Positions 14,054 to 29,131 of a stretch of DNA of 64,000 nucleotides are shown in pieces (the first letter of the stretch is position 1; the number at the start of each line of letters is the position of its first letter). The DNA comes from Octopus sinensis. Its lineage: Eukaryota. Below the pieces are notes generated by a model. It did not search any database and was not told the origin of the DNA. It saw only the letters and a program-made list of their open reading frames with translations. The stretch is from positions 9,982,001-10,046,000 of the forward strand of contig NC_043005.1 in NCBI RefSeq assembly GCF_006345805.1, in the 5' to 3' direction. A program made the translations under genes and the position numbers.

Positions 14054-14436
14054 TGTGCGTGTATGTATCATGCAGAGAGAAAGGGAGTGAGAGTGCTAGA
14101 AGGCAACAATGTACAAAGTATCAATCTTTCTTTCATTGACATGCAGTTGATGCAGAAATGCATACGTAGAAACACAATGCGTGTGTGTGTGTGTGTGTGT
14201 GAGAACGTGTGTGTGTGTGTGAGAACGTGTGTGTGTGTGTGTATGTGTTTGCATGTGTGTGTATGTGTGTGTGTGTGTATGTGTGTGTGTGTGTGTGTGT
14301 GTAAAGTCGACGGATTACCCGTTCAGCTAAACAGAGATTAGTGAAACATTGTTCAACCCGAGTGTCAATACGGTTACTGAGAAGCAATGAGTCTAACAAA
14401 ACACATTCTTTTGGAGGCAATGGTCTTAATAAAATA

Positions 14437-14470
<34 letters not shown>

Positions 14471-14524
14471 TACATATAATAACCCATATATGCTTGCATA
14501 CATACATTCGCACGTAAATATATA

Positions 14525-14566
<42 letters not shown>

Positions 14567-14967
14567 CATACATAATAATACAATAGCTGAAGGATTAAAA
14601 TTAATCAAAGGACATGCTAAGTATGTCTACCTGCTGGAAATAACAGTCAAAACTCTTATTTAAACCGCTGAAAAAAAAACACTGATAATAACTACAGATT
14701 TCTGTAGATATTATCAGTATTCTTTCCGGCGATTTAAATAGGAGTTTTAGCTCTCATTTTTAGCAGGTAGACATACTTAGTATGTCCTCTGATTAATTTT
14801 AATCCTTCACCTATTTGATGCTTTTTTGGTCCTGCAATCACCTATATTATTGATTGTATTATTATTATTTTTAATTTTTACACTAGATAATAACAGAGTC
14901 AATAATATCTTCGCAAACAATTTCTCCTGAATTTTTTGTTCTGTATTGAATATATATATATATACAT

Positions 14968-15120
14968 AGGCGCAGGTGTGGCTGTCTGGTAAGTGGCTTG
15001 CTTGCCAACCACATAGTTCGGGTTCAGTCCTTGGGGGAGTGTCTTCTACTATAGCCTCGGAGACTATCCAAAGCCTTGTGAGTGGATTTGGTAGGTGTAA
15101 ACTGAAAGTAGGGCGTGGTG

Positions 15121-15166
<46 letters not shown>

Positions 15167-15379
15167 GTGTCATTGTGTCTGTGTTTGTCCTCACCTACAA
15201 TCATCACTTGACAACCGATGTAGGTGTGTTTATATTCCCGCAGCGTAGCAGTTCAGCAAAAGACACCGATAGAATAAATACAATGTTCATAAAGAATAAG
15301 TCCTGGTGGTCGATTTCTTCGACTAAAAGGCGGTGCTCCAGCTTGGCCGCAGTCAACTGTCTGTATCAAGTAAAAGAAT
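14968..15379 (+). mobile_element. SINE family A
   Basis: Head, CORE-like segment, internal (TA)/(TG)n and tail all recognisable. Confidence 0.85.
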
Positions 15380-15409
15380 TTTACATATATATATATATAT
15401 ATATATAAT

Positions 15410-15467
<58 letters not shown>

Positions 15468-15738
15468 CCTTATAAGGTCTCAATCTCACATCACTGCCAA
15501 CTGGTACGTGGTTACTAGGGTTAGTTCACTCCTTCCCAGGCATTTGTCTTACTCGCTGTGATTCAGATATCAAATATTTCTATTGCTACATAGCTTGTGT
15601 TGGTTTATATACTTGACTTTATGTTTTAAACCAATTACATCACTCCTACGTGTGTGGAAAGGTCATCATTTGCGCCACTCTACCTACGTGCAATTTATAA
15701 AGGAAAGCCATACGCCTATTTGTAAATGCATGCATAGG

Positions 15739-15771
<33 letters not shown>

Positions 15772-15825
15772 GCATACACACACATATACACGCACATACA
15801 CACACACATATACAGACCCATACGC

Positions 15826-16064
15826 GCGGTAAGAAGCTTGCTACCAAACCACATGGTTCTGGATTCAGTACCACTGCGTGGTGCCTTGGGCAGCTAGTGC
15901 CTTCTGCTATAGCCTGGGGTCAACCAAAGCCGTAGTGGTTCGGCTAAAGAGACCAAGAGAATAAGTGTTAGGCTTACAAATAATAAGTCCCTGGTTCGAT
16001 TTGCTCGACTCAAGGTGGTGCTCCAGCATGGCCACAGTCAAATGACTGAAACATGAAAAGAATA
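15826..16064 (+). mobile_element. SINE family A, degraded with internal deletion
   Basis: Head remnant and 3' tail GGTGCTCCAGCATGGCCACAGTCAAATGACTGAAAC. Confidence 0.7.
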
Positions 16065-16490
16065 AATTGTTATTGTTTTTGTTGAATAAAAAACCGCAAT
16101 AATTATGCACCAACCCAATATTTGATGCCCTGTCTGAAGAATTTCTAATAGGAGACATCTTACATATTTTCTACTTCATGTACAATTTCTTAACTCCTGT
16201 TAGCAAATGAAACATGTGTAATGATGTATAATTGATACCAAAATATTTTTCAATCTCCCGTTTTTGATATCATTAGAGTGTAGACAATATTTCCAGTATT
16301 TTCAACTCTGATGCATACCTCATACAAATATAACATCGATATGTGTATTTGAAACACTGAAATCCGAAATAAGCCTATGTGCTTCAAGAGGGTCCAGCTT
16401 GAATTTTAGTCTATGCGTGTATGTGCGCGTGTATATGCATGTATGTATATATTTATGTACGTACGTAGTATGTATGTATATATGTATGTA

Positions 16491-16698
16491 TGGCAGAAAC
16501 GTTAGCGCGCCGCGCGAAATGCTTAGCGGTATTTCGCCTGTCGTTACGTTCTGAGTTCAAATTCCGCTGAGGTCGACATTGCCTTTCATCCTCTCGGATG
16601 AAGTACCAGTTTCGCACTGGGTCGATGTAATCGACTTAATCCGTTTGTTTGTCCTTGTTTTCCCCCTCTATGTTTAGGCCCTTGTGGGTAGTAAAGAA

Positions 16699-16701
<3 letters not shown>
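16491..16701 (+). mobile_element. SINE family C monomer followed by (TATG)n
   Basis: Near-complete match to the family C consensus ending AAAGAAATA. Confidence 0.85.
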
Positions 16702-16729
<28 letters not shown>

Positions 16730-17430
16730 TGTATGTATGTATGTATGTATGTATGTATGTATGTGTGCGTGTGTGTGTGCACGCGCATGAATATCCAAAA
16801 TCTAGAAGTAGCGAGTGAGCGAAAGCAATTTTCACTCTGGTCATTCATTCTCCACCACCACCACCACCACCATCAATCGAAAGAGAACTAAATCTCAGAT
16901 ATCGCATTCTTCACGAAATTCTTTGTTTCTACTCAACTAAAATAAATTTATGGAAGAGAAAAACTTACGAACCAATCCACATTTTGTCTTTCAAATGATA
17001 CTTAAAGATGGCTGATAGCAGTAACCATAACTGCTTCTTTCTCCATATCTACCAGACAGACAGGAATTCTTTGGGTTACTGTTCATTTTCGACAATTTCT
17101 CTTCATACAATTTCTCAATACCTTTCATATCTCAGAGGTTGTTTTGGATCTCTTTCAACAATCTATCTCCTATAATAATCACCATCATCAGTTCGCTTCT
17201 CGTAAACAATAGTGCAAAGTTCTGAAAATCTGCACAGATCCACTTGGAATCGTAGGTCATACTTTATTCCGGCCCATCAAAGTGATTGTCCGAACCTAGT
17301 TGCTCTGTTGCACTTTTGCCACACTGTTTATCGAATGGCAGCTGCATTCTTGTGCATCAGAGTGCACGAATAGCGCACATTGAAGAAACAATCAAATTTA
17401 TATTTGCAGTATATCCTCTAATCTAATACA

Positions 17431-17658
17431 TATTTCTTTACTACCCACAAGGAGCTAAACACAGAGGGGGACAAACAAAGACAGACAAACTGATCAAGTC
17501 GATTACATCGACCACAGTGCGTAACTGGTATTTAATCGACCCCGAAAGGATGAAAGGCAAAGTCGACCTTGGCGGAATTTGAACTCAGAACGTCACGGCA
17601 GACGAAATACAGCTAAGCATTTCACCCGGCGTGCTAACGTTTCTGCCAGCTCGCCGCC
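17431..17658 (-). mobile_element. SINE family C monomer
   Basis: Full head-to-tail match on the minus strand; a truncated tail-2 copy follows on + at ~17677-17850. Confidence 0.85.
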
Positions 17659-18125
17659 GTCCTCTAATCTAATATTTCCTAATACTTTTCGTCTGTCTTT
17701 ACGTTCTGAGTTCAAATTCCTCCGAAGTCGACTTTGCCTTTCATCATTTCGGGGTCGATAAATTAAGTGGCAATTGCGTACAGGGGTCGATCTAATCGAC
17801 TGGCCCCCTCCTCCAAAATTTCAGGCCTTGTGCCTAGAGTAGAAAAGAATATTTTCTAATACTGGTCGTTTACTAGAAAAGAAAGGGATACTTTATTATA
17901 TTGATACAACAGCCATGAATTTTTGGAAGTAGTGTAGTCGATTGAATTACTTCTATACTTGGCTTACTTCAGTTCCGTTGGAACGAAAGCCGATGCTGCT
18001 GGACATATGATTTGAATTCTTATGAATATATCAAGTATAATAAACAAGCAGTAAAATTTACATACATGATTTGAACGAAACAATGATACCACATTGTTAA
18101 ATGGAAGTTTTATTATTTAACACGG

Positions 18126-18845
18126 CGGTGGCCCACGTTTGGCAACAATCACAACTCTAGTACGTACAAGTTCTAAAAGATTGTATGGGAATTTGAATTT
18201 TGGACGAATCTTCAACTAATACCTGCATAGCTTTTTCAGTGACGATTTCAGAGGGAAAGCGGCTCCTCGCCTGATGCTCCAAAATGTGCCATTAATGTAT
18301 GATTATAACTGAGTGCTGGTGGGGTGGGGCCAAACCAAGTGACCTTATTCCCTTTTGTGTCCCTGGTACGAATTTTCAACATTATCATCTTAAAAGTTTG
18401 CGCTACCATCAGGGACTATAGGTATAGAAAGGGTCAGCCAAAATACTCAGATAAATCATTGCGTTAACTCTACTATGTAGAACAACTAAAGGGCCAAGAG
18501 GATTCTGTTAGAATGGATTTCAAATCATCATTGACCCACCTCTGTGCTTCATAGCAGGGGCCGAACAGTCAGGGATGAAGGTTTCTTTGGGTTGTCTCCA
18601 GACATAAACTTGCTTCTAAGGGGAAAGAGTATGGATGAGGATTCATCAGAGAAGATAGCATGGTTCCATTGAGTCATTTAGCACTTCTGAGAGTCTAAAC
18701 ACCATTTTACCACTTATCAGTGTTCATGGAGGAGAGAAGATGTGCAACCGTTCGATATTATCCAGCTCCACGTAGCTCACCACAGTTTTGGCTGACATAA
18801 GGTTGGCAACGTGAGGATTTAGTTCTACTTTCGCTTTTGCCACCG
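18126..18845 (-). pseudogene. Degraded Tc1-like DNA transposon with DDE transposase remnant
   Basis: Frameshifted minus-strand segments WNHAIF(S)**, QVYVWRQPKETFIPDC...KHRGGSMMI, GPLVVLHSRVNA..YLSIL, DDNV, WHILE; TIR remnant CTTTTGCCACCG-TA at 18834-18847. Confidence 0.75.
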
Positions 18846-20129
18846 TATTTCAATGATTTTTAGACTCAAATTGTGTCGCTATTCTGCACTCTCTCTCTCT
18901 CCCCGTCTCTCTCTCTCTCTGTGAGCTTTGCCTTCTGACCAGAATTATCTTCTCCACAACTAGTTTTCCTTAGTTTTGGAATACCAACAGGATTTTGCAG
19001 ACTCTTCCTTTCGAAACAAAGCCATTTCCTCAGAGTTTGTGATTAAAGCTCCAGACTTACACGTTCCAACGATTTGGCAATCAATAAATATTTGCAAAAA
19101 AAAAAAGAAAGAAATCAGGGGCCTATATCATGAAGTACAAGGCGGACTTAATGCATGTAAACACATATATACTCATTAGAACAGGTTTGGATTTGTCATA
19201 TTACTAATAGTTAAAAATAGTTAACTAGAAAATGGTGTTTCCATTATTTTGTCCACTTTCTTTATATATCTGTACCTGGGTATTTACAACGATTGAAATT
19301 GCTTCTTACAGTTTAGTCTATGCTAAACCTTGAAAGAGCACTCTGAATTAATACTAGTCAAAGTTTTTTCAGACTACCATATCCGACTATAGAAAATGAC
19401 CTTTATTTTTTCTTTTTGTAATAAAGACAATGAGATTTGATTCGAGAGATTTAACCGACATTTCTAGCAGGCCGGTCAACCAGGCGAAGCTCTTTCGTCT
19501 AGCGAGTGAGTGTAAGGTAAATATATCATAGCATTGTAATAATGTTATTGTTTAGTGTTTGAACTCTGCTAACCATACGTCTATTTGAACGAACATATTT
19601 GTGTAGCCTAGTAAATAAAGCATTACTAATCTTTGATTACTAGAATTTGATTTTTAGCTCGCAGGTCAAGTATGTATTGACATTGCTGTTCTGATTTCTT
19701 TAGTTAAAGAACACTCGACTATAGACGTCTGAAGCTAACCTAATATGTCTTGCATTCCGGTAATAACAAATACATGTTAAGATTATCATTTTCTATATTC
19801 ATATTATAAAATGTTCATCATGGCTCTCTCCTCAGATATAGTAAATAGTAGATTTATGAATGACCTCATAACATATCTGATATTGTTTAATGTCTTTTTA
19901 TCTTTATTAGTTCGTGACAAGAGATACTGTTTGATTTCTATCTAGTGTCCAACTAGATTTTATTACTCTCAGGCTAGTGGTTACAAATTCACTCATAAGA
20001 GATGTACACCATAGAGCGAGTTCAAATAAGAATGGAGATCAGTTCGTTCGAGAAGGCTTTCTTCTCTGGGAGTGTGATAAATACTTTGCATCACTTATAT
20101 TTTACACGAATAACATAAAAATTAAACAT

Positions 20130-20217
20130 GCTATGTATGTATGTATGTGTGCATGTTTGTGTTTGTATGTATATGTGTGTGCATGTATGCATGTGTGTGT
20201 ATGTGTATGTATGTATG

Positions 20218-20249
<32 letters not shown>

Positions 20250-20900
20250 CATGTATGTACGTAGGTATGTATGTATGTATGTATGTATGTATGCATGTAT
20301 GTACGTACGCATGTATGTATGTATATATGTATGTATATATGCATGTATGTATGTATGTATGTATGCATGTATGTATGTATGTATGTATGTACGTACGTAC
20401 GTATGTACGTACGTATGTATGTATGTATGTATGCATATATGCATGTATGCATGCATGTATGCATGTATGTATGTATGTATGTATGTATGCATGTATGTAT
20501 GTATGCATGTATGCATGCATGTATGCATGTATGTATGTATGTATGTACGTACGTATGTATGTATGTATGTATGTATGTATGCATATATGCATGTATGCAT
20601 GTATGTATGCATGTATGTATGTATGTATGTATGTATATGATAGGCTCTCCAACCGAAGACGATGTATGAGGATTCAGCTCTCTGTATGTATGTATGTATG
20701 TATGCATGTATGTACGTACGTACGTACGTACGTATGCATGTATGTATGTACGTATGTATGTATGTATGTATTTATGTATGCATGTACGTATGTATGTATG
20801 TACGTATGTATGTACGTACGTACGTATGTATGTATGTCTGTCTGTATGTATGTATGTATGTATGTATGTATGTATGTATGTATGTATGTATGTAGATAAG
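20130..20900. repeat. Compound (TATG)n/(CATG)/(TACG) tetranucleotide array containing a ~45-bp SINE tail fragment at ~20638-20684
   Basis: Seen directly; the fragment is the reverse complement of 39160-39200. Confidence 0.9.
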
Positions 20901-21245
20901 TATGTGTGTATGTGAGAAATGGGAAAACTTTAATTATTTAGGATTCTAAACTGCAACTGCAATCAAATAATAAGCGTTGTGCAAACACTTAAATCAAATC
21001 AGGTAGAGGTGGAAATTCTCAAACCATTGAAATGAGTTACCGAGACTGAATTTTCAATTACTCAACACAGGAAATAAGTATGCAGTGAAGGAGAAAAGAT
21101 ATTCTGATCTTAATTAGGCGACATAGAATCACTAGACGTGATTTGGAGATATTAGACCTTCTCAAAAAGACGTGCTATTCAATGTGACTGCCAGATCCTT
21201 AAAGTGACATTACTGTATGAATATACGATAATGTAGACAAGAAAG

Positions 21246-21999
21246 CCGGGTGAAATGCTTAGCCGTATTTCGTCAGTCTTTACGTTCTGAGTTCAAGTTC
21301 CGCCGAGGTCGACTTTGCCTTTCATCCTTTCGGGGTTGATAAATTAAGTACCAGTTACGCACTGGGGTCGATGTAATCGACTTAATCCCTTTGTCTGTCC
21401 TTGTTTGTCCCCTCTGTGTTTAGCCCCTTGTGGGTAGTAAAGAAATAGGTATTTCGTCTGCCGCTACGTCCTGAGTTCAAATTCTGCCGAGTTCGACTTT
21501 GACTTTCATCCTTTCGGGGTCGATAAATTAAGTACCAGTTACGCACTGGGGTCGATGTAATCGACTTAATCCCTTTGTCTGTCATTGTTTGTCCCTTCTG
21601 TGTTTAGCCTCTTGTGGGTAGTAAAGAAATAGGTATTTCGTCTGCCGCTACCTTCTGAGTTCAAATTCCGCCGAGGTCAACTTTGACTTTCATCCTTTCG
21701 GGGTCGATTAAATAAGTACCAATTACGCACTGGGGTCGATGTAATCGACTTAATCCATTTGTCTGTCCTTGTTTGTCCTCTCTGTGTTTAGCCCCTTGAG
21801 GGTAGTAAAGAAATAAGTATTTCATCAGCCGCTACGTTCTGAGTTCTAATTCCGCCGAGGTCGACTTTGACTTTCATCCTTTCGGGGTCGATTAAATAAG
21901 TACCAATTACGCACTGGGGTCGATATAATCGACTTAATCCGTCTGTCTGTCCTTGTTTGTCCTCTCTGTGTTTAGCCCCTTGTGGGTAGTAAAGAAATA
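21246..21999 (+). mobile_element. SINE family C tetramer, period 184 bp
   Basis: Units start at ~21246, 21448, 21632 and 21816; flanked by AAGAAAGC on both sides. Confidence 0.9.
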
Positions 22000-23410
22000 A
22001 GAAAGCTTGGTTGGATGAATAGTTTTACATATCTATTGACGTACCTTATTCTATGAGTCTAATTCGCATAGATATGTCTAAGTCTTATATTCTATTCTCA
22101 CAATCGAGTGACAGGTATAGAGTGCTGGACTGAATGCCTTGTCGCATAATGTTACAGCCTTTTACAATCCCCGGCATGATTTTTATCTCTTATCTATTTA
22201 TAGATAAAGTACCAGTTATGTACTGGGCTCGATTTAAACATCTTCCTCGAAAAATAGTTTTAGTATTTATGCCAAAGTTAAAAATAATTATTAAATATTC
22301 TATTGACAATGATTGATGTTGCATCAGAAGTGAAAGATGCCAGTAGCTAAGTGGATGTTTATATTTCACTAATATTCATCATGTCGAGGTCAAACTGTCT
22401 TTTCATCCTTCTGGGATCGATAAAATATTCGCCGTTATCATTGGAGAAGGGAAGGTGGACTATGGAAGATGAATAAGTTGGATTTTGTGTGGCGATTTGC
22501 TATGCATACTTGACATATCATCTATATGACTCACGATTTTAAGCTCAAATGCTATCCGAACTGCCTGAGACAACTTTTCCCCAAGCTATCGTTGATCAAC
22601 TCTATGCTAGTCGTAAAGATTATTCCAGTATGTTTTCATCAGAAGTACTCCCGACAACTAGTAAGAAAGGTTAAGAGAGCAAAGGGAGTAAACAGACGAT
22701 CAATATTCTCTCACAGAAATATTTCAAATATTTTCTAGATTAGATTTTCCTTTACCAGCTTTTGTTTTACTTCCCATTTGATGTCTGGCACCGTTTGTTA
22801 CTTTCGAAATATCTCAGTCGACTTAGTTATGTAGGAATAATGCCAATAACCTAGAAAAAGGCATAAACGTCACAGCAGCTAATTTCTAATTGAAAACTGT
22901 TATTGTAAACTTGTTGAGAGTTGAGTATTGAACTATTAAATGTTGCATAAATGTTCAATGTTAAAATATTGCTCATATATCGAACTTTTAGATTTCATCC
23001 TTCTGAATTTAATAGCAGTATTATATTGGTGCTCTGACAGCAGATAATGCTCAATTCTTAACAAAACTGGGAGCATACATCGTAAACCGAAATTACCATG
23101 AAACATTTTTATATAATGTGAGAAAGTATTTTCACAGAAATATGATTTCCACGTTCTTCTTGTTGCACTATTCTGTTTTGTTATTTTCAGTAATATCCCG
23201 AAGAGATATTAGCTTCAGTACAGTTGCCAGTGAGGATAACTGTTGGTGATAAGAATTGTTGGTAAGCAAGGATGCGAGCGAGTACGACTGTTGCTGAGCA
23301 AAGATATCGGTGAGTGCAATTGTTAGTAAATGAAACTACTGAATAGAAACATGTCATTTTGTTATTTTTTAACCATTGTCGAAACTAATATATCCTTTAT
23401 ATATTCGTTT

Positions 23411-24079
23411 ACTCTTTTACTCTTTTACTTGTTTCAGTCATTTGACTGGGGCCATGCTGGAGTGCCGCCTTTAGTCGAGCAAATCGACCCCAGGACTTAT
23501 TCTTTGTAAGCCTAGTACTTATTTTTTCGGTCTGTTTTGCCGAACCGCTACGTTACGGGGACGTAAACAGACCAGCATCGGTTGTCAAGCATATATATAT
23601 ATAACGGGAAGCTTTATGAAAATAGACAAAAGACGAAGGCAGGTGGAATACAAACAAACAATTGTATTAGTATGGCGCTCAGGAAATATAATAAATAAAA
23701 CAAGTCTTTAACGTTTCGAGCCTACGCTCTTCAACAGAAAGATACACAGAGAAGAAACACAGAAAGAAGGAGGGCAAAAAAAATGCGTGCAGAGGCTAAC
23801 GAATCAACATGGCGATCTGATTTCGGCCAGAAGTCAAAGATCAAACGTGAGACGCAAGAGCGAAATTAGGGGAGATAATAGGGTTAAATGACCTCGCCCC
23901 AACAAAAGAGTGTGTGTGTGTGTGTATGAGAGAGTATTAGTGCGTATGAGAGATCTGGACGTGTGTATGTATATATGATGTGATGTGTAAAGTCGTATGG
24001 TGTAGTGTAGAGAGAGGAGATGTATATGTATGTGTGTGTGTGTGTCTGTGTTTGTGTGTCTGGATTGTCCCCCCGTCAC

Positions 24080-24118
<39 letters not shown>

Positions 24119-24146
24119 CATATATACATATATATATATAATATAT

Positions 24147-24181
<35 letters not shown>

Positions 24182-24344
24182 GACGGGCTTCTTTCAGTTT
24201 CCGTCTACCAAATCCACTCACGAGGCTTTGGTTGGCCCGATGCTATAGTAGAAGACACTTGCCCAAGGTGCCACGCAGTGTGACTAAACCCAGAACGATG
24301 TGGTTGGTAAGCAAGATACTTACCACACAGCCACTCCTACGCCT
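23411..24344 (-). mobile_element. SINE family A interrupted in its internal microsatellite by a family alpha element (23601-23915)
   Basis: Tail half at 23411-23590 and head half at ~24180-24344. Confidence 0.8.
23705..23742 (-). ncRNA. Hammerhead-like motif, family alpha, core CUGUUGA
   Basis: Minus strand: UCUUU CUGUUGA A GAGC guag GCUC GAAAC GUU AAAGA. Confidence 0.55.
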
Positions 24345-24841
24345 ATATGATAACAAATATTTCACTTGTAACTATCTTGTCTTTTAGAGTCTGTAGAACT
24401 ACAATATATAATGTACTTCCTTTCGCAGGAGAGTATTGTATTATTTAAGAGAGAAACGGGTGCTATTTTTCGCAGGTCGGGTGACCCCAAAGAAGCTCTC
24501 TAGAGAAATGAATTTTAAATTCTGGTGAACACACGAAAAAAGAAATAATAAATAATACTCTGTGATTTCGATAGAGTTTCGTTCCTGGTTATCTTCATTT
24601 CACTTCACATATTTCTGACGCCCTTAAACAAAAATATCCTCGATATCTCATATACTGATTTTCTCTATGCCAATAATGTTGCTATGGCGTAAAAGTTTCA
24701 CACAAGAGCTTTATTCACTAATGTTCTTAATACTCTTGTGTAAAGCTCAGGGGTAACAAAACTTCAAATATAGCTTCATTATAGACTTGAAATAATGAGT
24801 GTAAATAAAATAAACTTAATGCAGTGCATATTTGAAGATAT

Positions 24842-25233
24842 ACTCTTTTACTCTTTTACTTGTTTCAGTCATTTGACTGTGGCCATGCTGGAGCACCGCC
24901 TTTAGTCGAGCAACTCGACCCCGGGACTTATTCTTTTTGTAAGCCCAGTACTTATTCTATCGGTGGGGACGTAAATACACCAGCATCGGTTGTCAAGCAA
25001 TGCTAGGGGGACAAACACAGACACACAAACACACAAACACACACACACACATATATATATACATATATACGACAGGCTTCTTTCAGTTTCCGTCTACCAA
25101 ATCCACTCACAAGGCATTGGTCGGCCCGGGGCTATAGCAGAAGCCACTTGCCCAAGATGTCACGCAGTGGGACTGAACCCGGAACCATGTGGTTGGTTAG
25201 CAAGCTACTTACCACACAGCCAATCCTGCGCCT
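24842..25233 (-). mobile_element. SINE family A
   Basis: Near full-length match to the copy at 219-627. Confidence 0.9.
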
Positions 25234-26945
25234 ATATATATAGCGTTATACATAGAGATTCTGCAATAAATGATAAAATAATTCAAGGAACTAAGAAGGT
25301 AATTTTCAACAGGATTTTTCTGAAATCGGGTAGATACAAATTTTGCATTATGGGATACAGGATTTCGTAATCAGTGAAATAAAACTGAATCCGTATATTC
25401 TTAAAGTATTTTAAAGTCGGTGATGAGCTCAGGACCCTAAGAACATTGGTGGCATGTAACGTTCTCATAAAATCCGGTACCTTTTCTCAATAACTAAGAT
25501 CACTTATTCATGAAGGTAAGAGAATATGTCAAAGAATCCCTTTCACTATGCAACAGCCTCCCTTTTCACTATCAACGACGCTCACACCTTTTCCTTCCCA
25601 GTCTTTCCTACAATTCTTTCTTTGTTGCATGATTCTAATTTCTTCCCCTTTTAGTAAATTATTTTCCTTGTAGCTAATGTTGTTATTGTTTCCCAACAGA
25701 AAATTGAATTTATGCAAAAATTCGCTGGATCGACTAAGTGGATGGAAGTCTTTTAGAAGGCATTCAAGAGTTCCAATCAATAATTTTTTCAAATCAGCCT
25801 TTATTGCTTTATCAACTACCAAATTTAGCCTAACAACTTAATAGTGTTGAGAAAGCAGCAACTGCCACTAATTTTGCTGGTCATGTCATTGATTTCAGCG
25901 CATTCTATATTGACTCATTCATAAATGGTGTTTTTTCAATTGCGCAATATTGTTTTGCGCTCCAGGGATAAATATATCTTGGAACAGTTCCATACTTTTC
26001 TCATTTCTTCATCATATATGATATATTTTTCATCCCCAGGATCATTTTTATATGCAATCGTTGGCAGGACATAATCTGTTTTATTTTCTCCTGTCAAACT
26101 GTACTTTACTGAAGAAATCTTGTATATTTTATTGCTTTATATCTTAGAAATATATAACAAATTCCGTGACATATTACGGTAAAAAATGGCTAAAGTAAAC
26201 AGAAGAAACTAATCATGGATTCTTAACAGTCTTCTGTTGAAGAACCCATATCGTAAAACATTTATTGCGTTTCAATTGATACAGTACAGAATCATAAAAT
26301 ATGAATATAATGTTGCAGAAAGTTGACTTGGACAAATATGGAGTCAACATATAGATTCCCATTTTGTATCAATTACAAAAGATCTGCCGATTAGAGGGGC
26401 CTTTATCTTTTCTTGTTATACATCCACGGGAATAAGGTTAATATTTCTTTTAAGTTTTATCTATCGGTGGAGTTTTCATTGGTAGTATATCTAATTCATT
26501 TAGTCAGCTAGGTGACTTGAGTCAAGTTCGTTAAAAGGAATATGTCTAATGACAAAAACAGAGGCCCACAAGCCTAAGGACTAAATATTTACAGTACATG
26601 GTCCTATATTTAGCAATGAATTCACAATGTTAAAGAAGCTATCTTTTTTTTTCCTTGTTGGTATTCTAGCAACACTTACATAGGGTTATGACTGTATATA
26701 ATATTAATTTCAAATTTTAGTGCTAGGCTAGCAGTTTTTGAGGAGGGGCGAAGAGGATTACGTGGATTCTAGTATTCAACTGGTACTTCTTTATCGACCA
26801 CGAAAGAATGAAAGGCAAAGTCAACCCCAAAAGAAGAATCAAGACCATTCTCATCACTCAGCATCCTCCGTACTTCCCTCTTGTGAGCTCACTGCACCAC
26901 CAAAGTTGGAAATTGAACTCAGAAAGGGAAGACGGACGAAATACC

Positions 26946-27741
26946 TATTTCTTTACTACTCACAAGGGGCTAAACACAGAGAGGCCAAACAAGGACAGAC
27001 AGACAAACGGATCAAGTACATTATATCGACCCCAGTGCGTAATTGGTACTTATTTAATCGACCCCGAAAGGATGACAGGCAAAGTCGACCTCGGCGGAAT
27101 TTGAACTCAGAACGTAACGGCAGACAAAATATCTATTTCTTTACTACTCACAAGGGGCTAAACACAGAGAGGACAAGCAAGGACAGACAGACAAACGGAT
27201 CAAGTACATTATATCGACCCCAGTGCGTAATTGGTACTTATTTAATCGACCCCGAAAGGATGACAGGCAAAGTCGACCTCGGCGGAATTTGAACTCAGAA
27301 CGTAACGGCAGACGAAATACCTATTTCTTTACTACCCACAAGGGGCTAAACACAGAGAGGACAAGCAAGGACAGACAGACAAACGGATCAAGTACATTAT
27401 ATCGACCCCAGTGCGTAATTGGTACTTATTTAATCGACCCCGAAAGGATGACAGGCAAAGTCGACCTCGGCGGAATTTGAACTCAGAACGTAACGGCAGA
27501 CAAAATACCTATTTCTTTACTACTTACAAGGGGCTAAACACAGAGAGGACAAACAAGGACAGACAGACAAACGGATCAAGTAGTACATTATATCGACCCC
27601 AGTGCGTAACTGGTACTTATCTAGTCGACACTGAAAGGATGACAGGCAAAGTCGACCTCGGCGGAATTTGAACTCAGAACGTAACGGCAGACGAAATACT
27701 GCTAAGCTTTTCGCCCGGCGTGCTAACGTTTCTGCCAGCTC
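26946..27741 (-). mobile_element. SINE family C tetramer, period 188 bp
   Basis: TATTTCTTTAC tail starts at 26946, 27134, 27322 and 27510; single head ends at ~27741; an older partial copy lies at ~26780-26945. Confidence 0.9.
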
Positions 27742-27782
27742 AATGTCCTATTATTGTATATACTGATGTAATAAGAGAGAGA

Positions 27783-27834
<52 letters not shown>

Positions 27835-28289
27835 GCTATTAGAATGGTGATTACTTTGAGAATTTGTTGAGCAGTTATATGAATTCAGTACTAAGATGAG
27901 GATGTAAGCAGTTTCCTTCTCAGAGCTCTGAAACCTGACTTACCAAAATAATCACGGTTAGAAGGGTATTCTACTCCAACATATACTTAAGAATAAACAA
28001 GGCATTTCAAGAAACTGCCTGCCTCTCAGTACAAGCGTCAGTCATTTGCTGCTCCCTCCGATGTGGGCATCTGAACCCAGTATTACTCTAAATTAATTTT
28101 GGATAATTATTTAACACCTTAATTCCAAGAATGGTGTATCTAAGTGTCATTGGACAAAGTATTCCGAATGTACAAAATGAGTTTTGCCACGGTCGGAACG
28201 CCTTTATTTGTAGCTCTAAGCGATTTTCAGTCATATGTTTCTATGTCTAATCGAGGTTAACCTAAGGCAATAGAACAACCAACTCAATG

Positions 28290-28745
<456 letters not shown>

Positions 28746-29131
28746 TCTAAGACTGCATATTACCTTGATCTCGCCCACTTATTTACTCAGTGAGGTTGGA
28801 AAATCGTTAATGAGCGCTGTCCCCTCACTTTAAGATTAATGAACATAACAAAAAAGTTAATGAGCGTCACGTCTTCTCGTTTTCTGTTTTCTGTCTCACG
28901 ATGCTGGAATTCTTATTGACGCAAAATACCATTATTTAACAAGTCACCGAAGAAGAATACCTGAAATCAGTGATCTATTACTTTCATATCCAGTTAAAGT
29001 TGAGCCAAATTGCTTTTTACGATCAGCTTAGTCTGACTTCTAGACCAGTTAAAACCATTAATTCATCTTCCCATTTCACACAATGCGTCGATTTTCTTAC
29101 TTTATTTCCTCATTGTTTAAAAAACAAAAAC

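Noticed and set aside
16960-17390. Possible mariner transposase remnant on the minus strand
   Set aside because: The similarity (IKYDLRF, ICA) is fragmentary and no TIRs were found.
25470-26330. Possible highly decayed L1-type RT region on the minus strand
   Set aside because: Only vague motif echoes (KADLKK, VKGIL); no diagnostic motif is intact.
21246-27741. Regularly spaced repeats resembling CRISPR arrays
   Set aside because: The units are whole SINE bodies with no unique spacers, there are no cas genes, and the context is eukaryotic.
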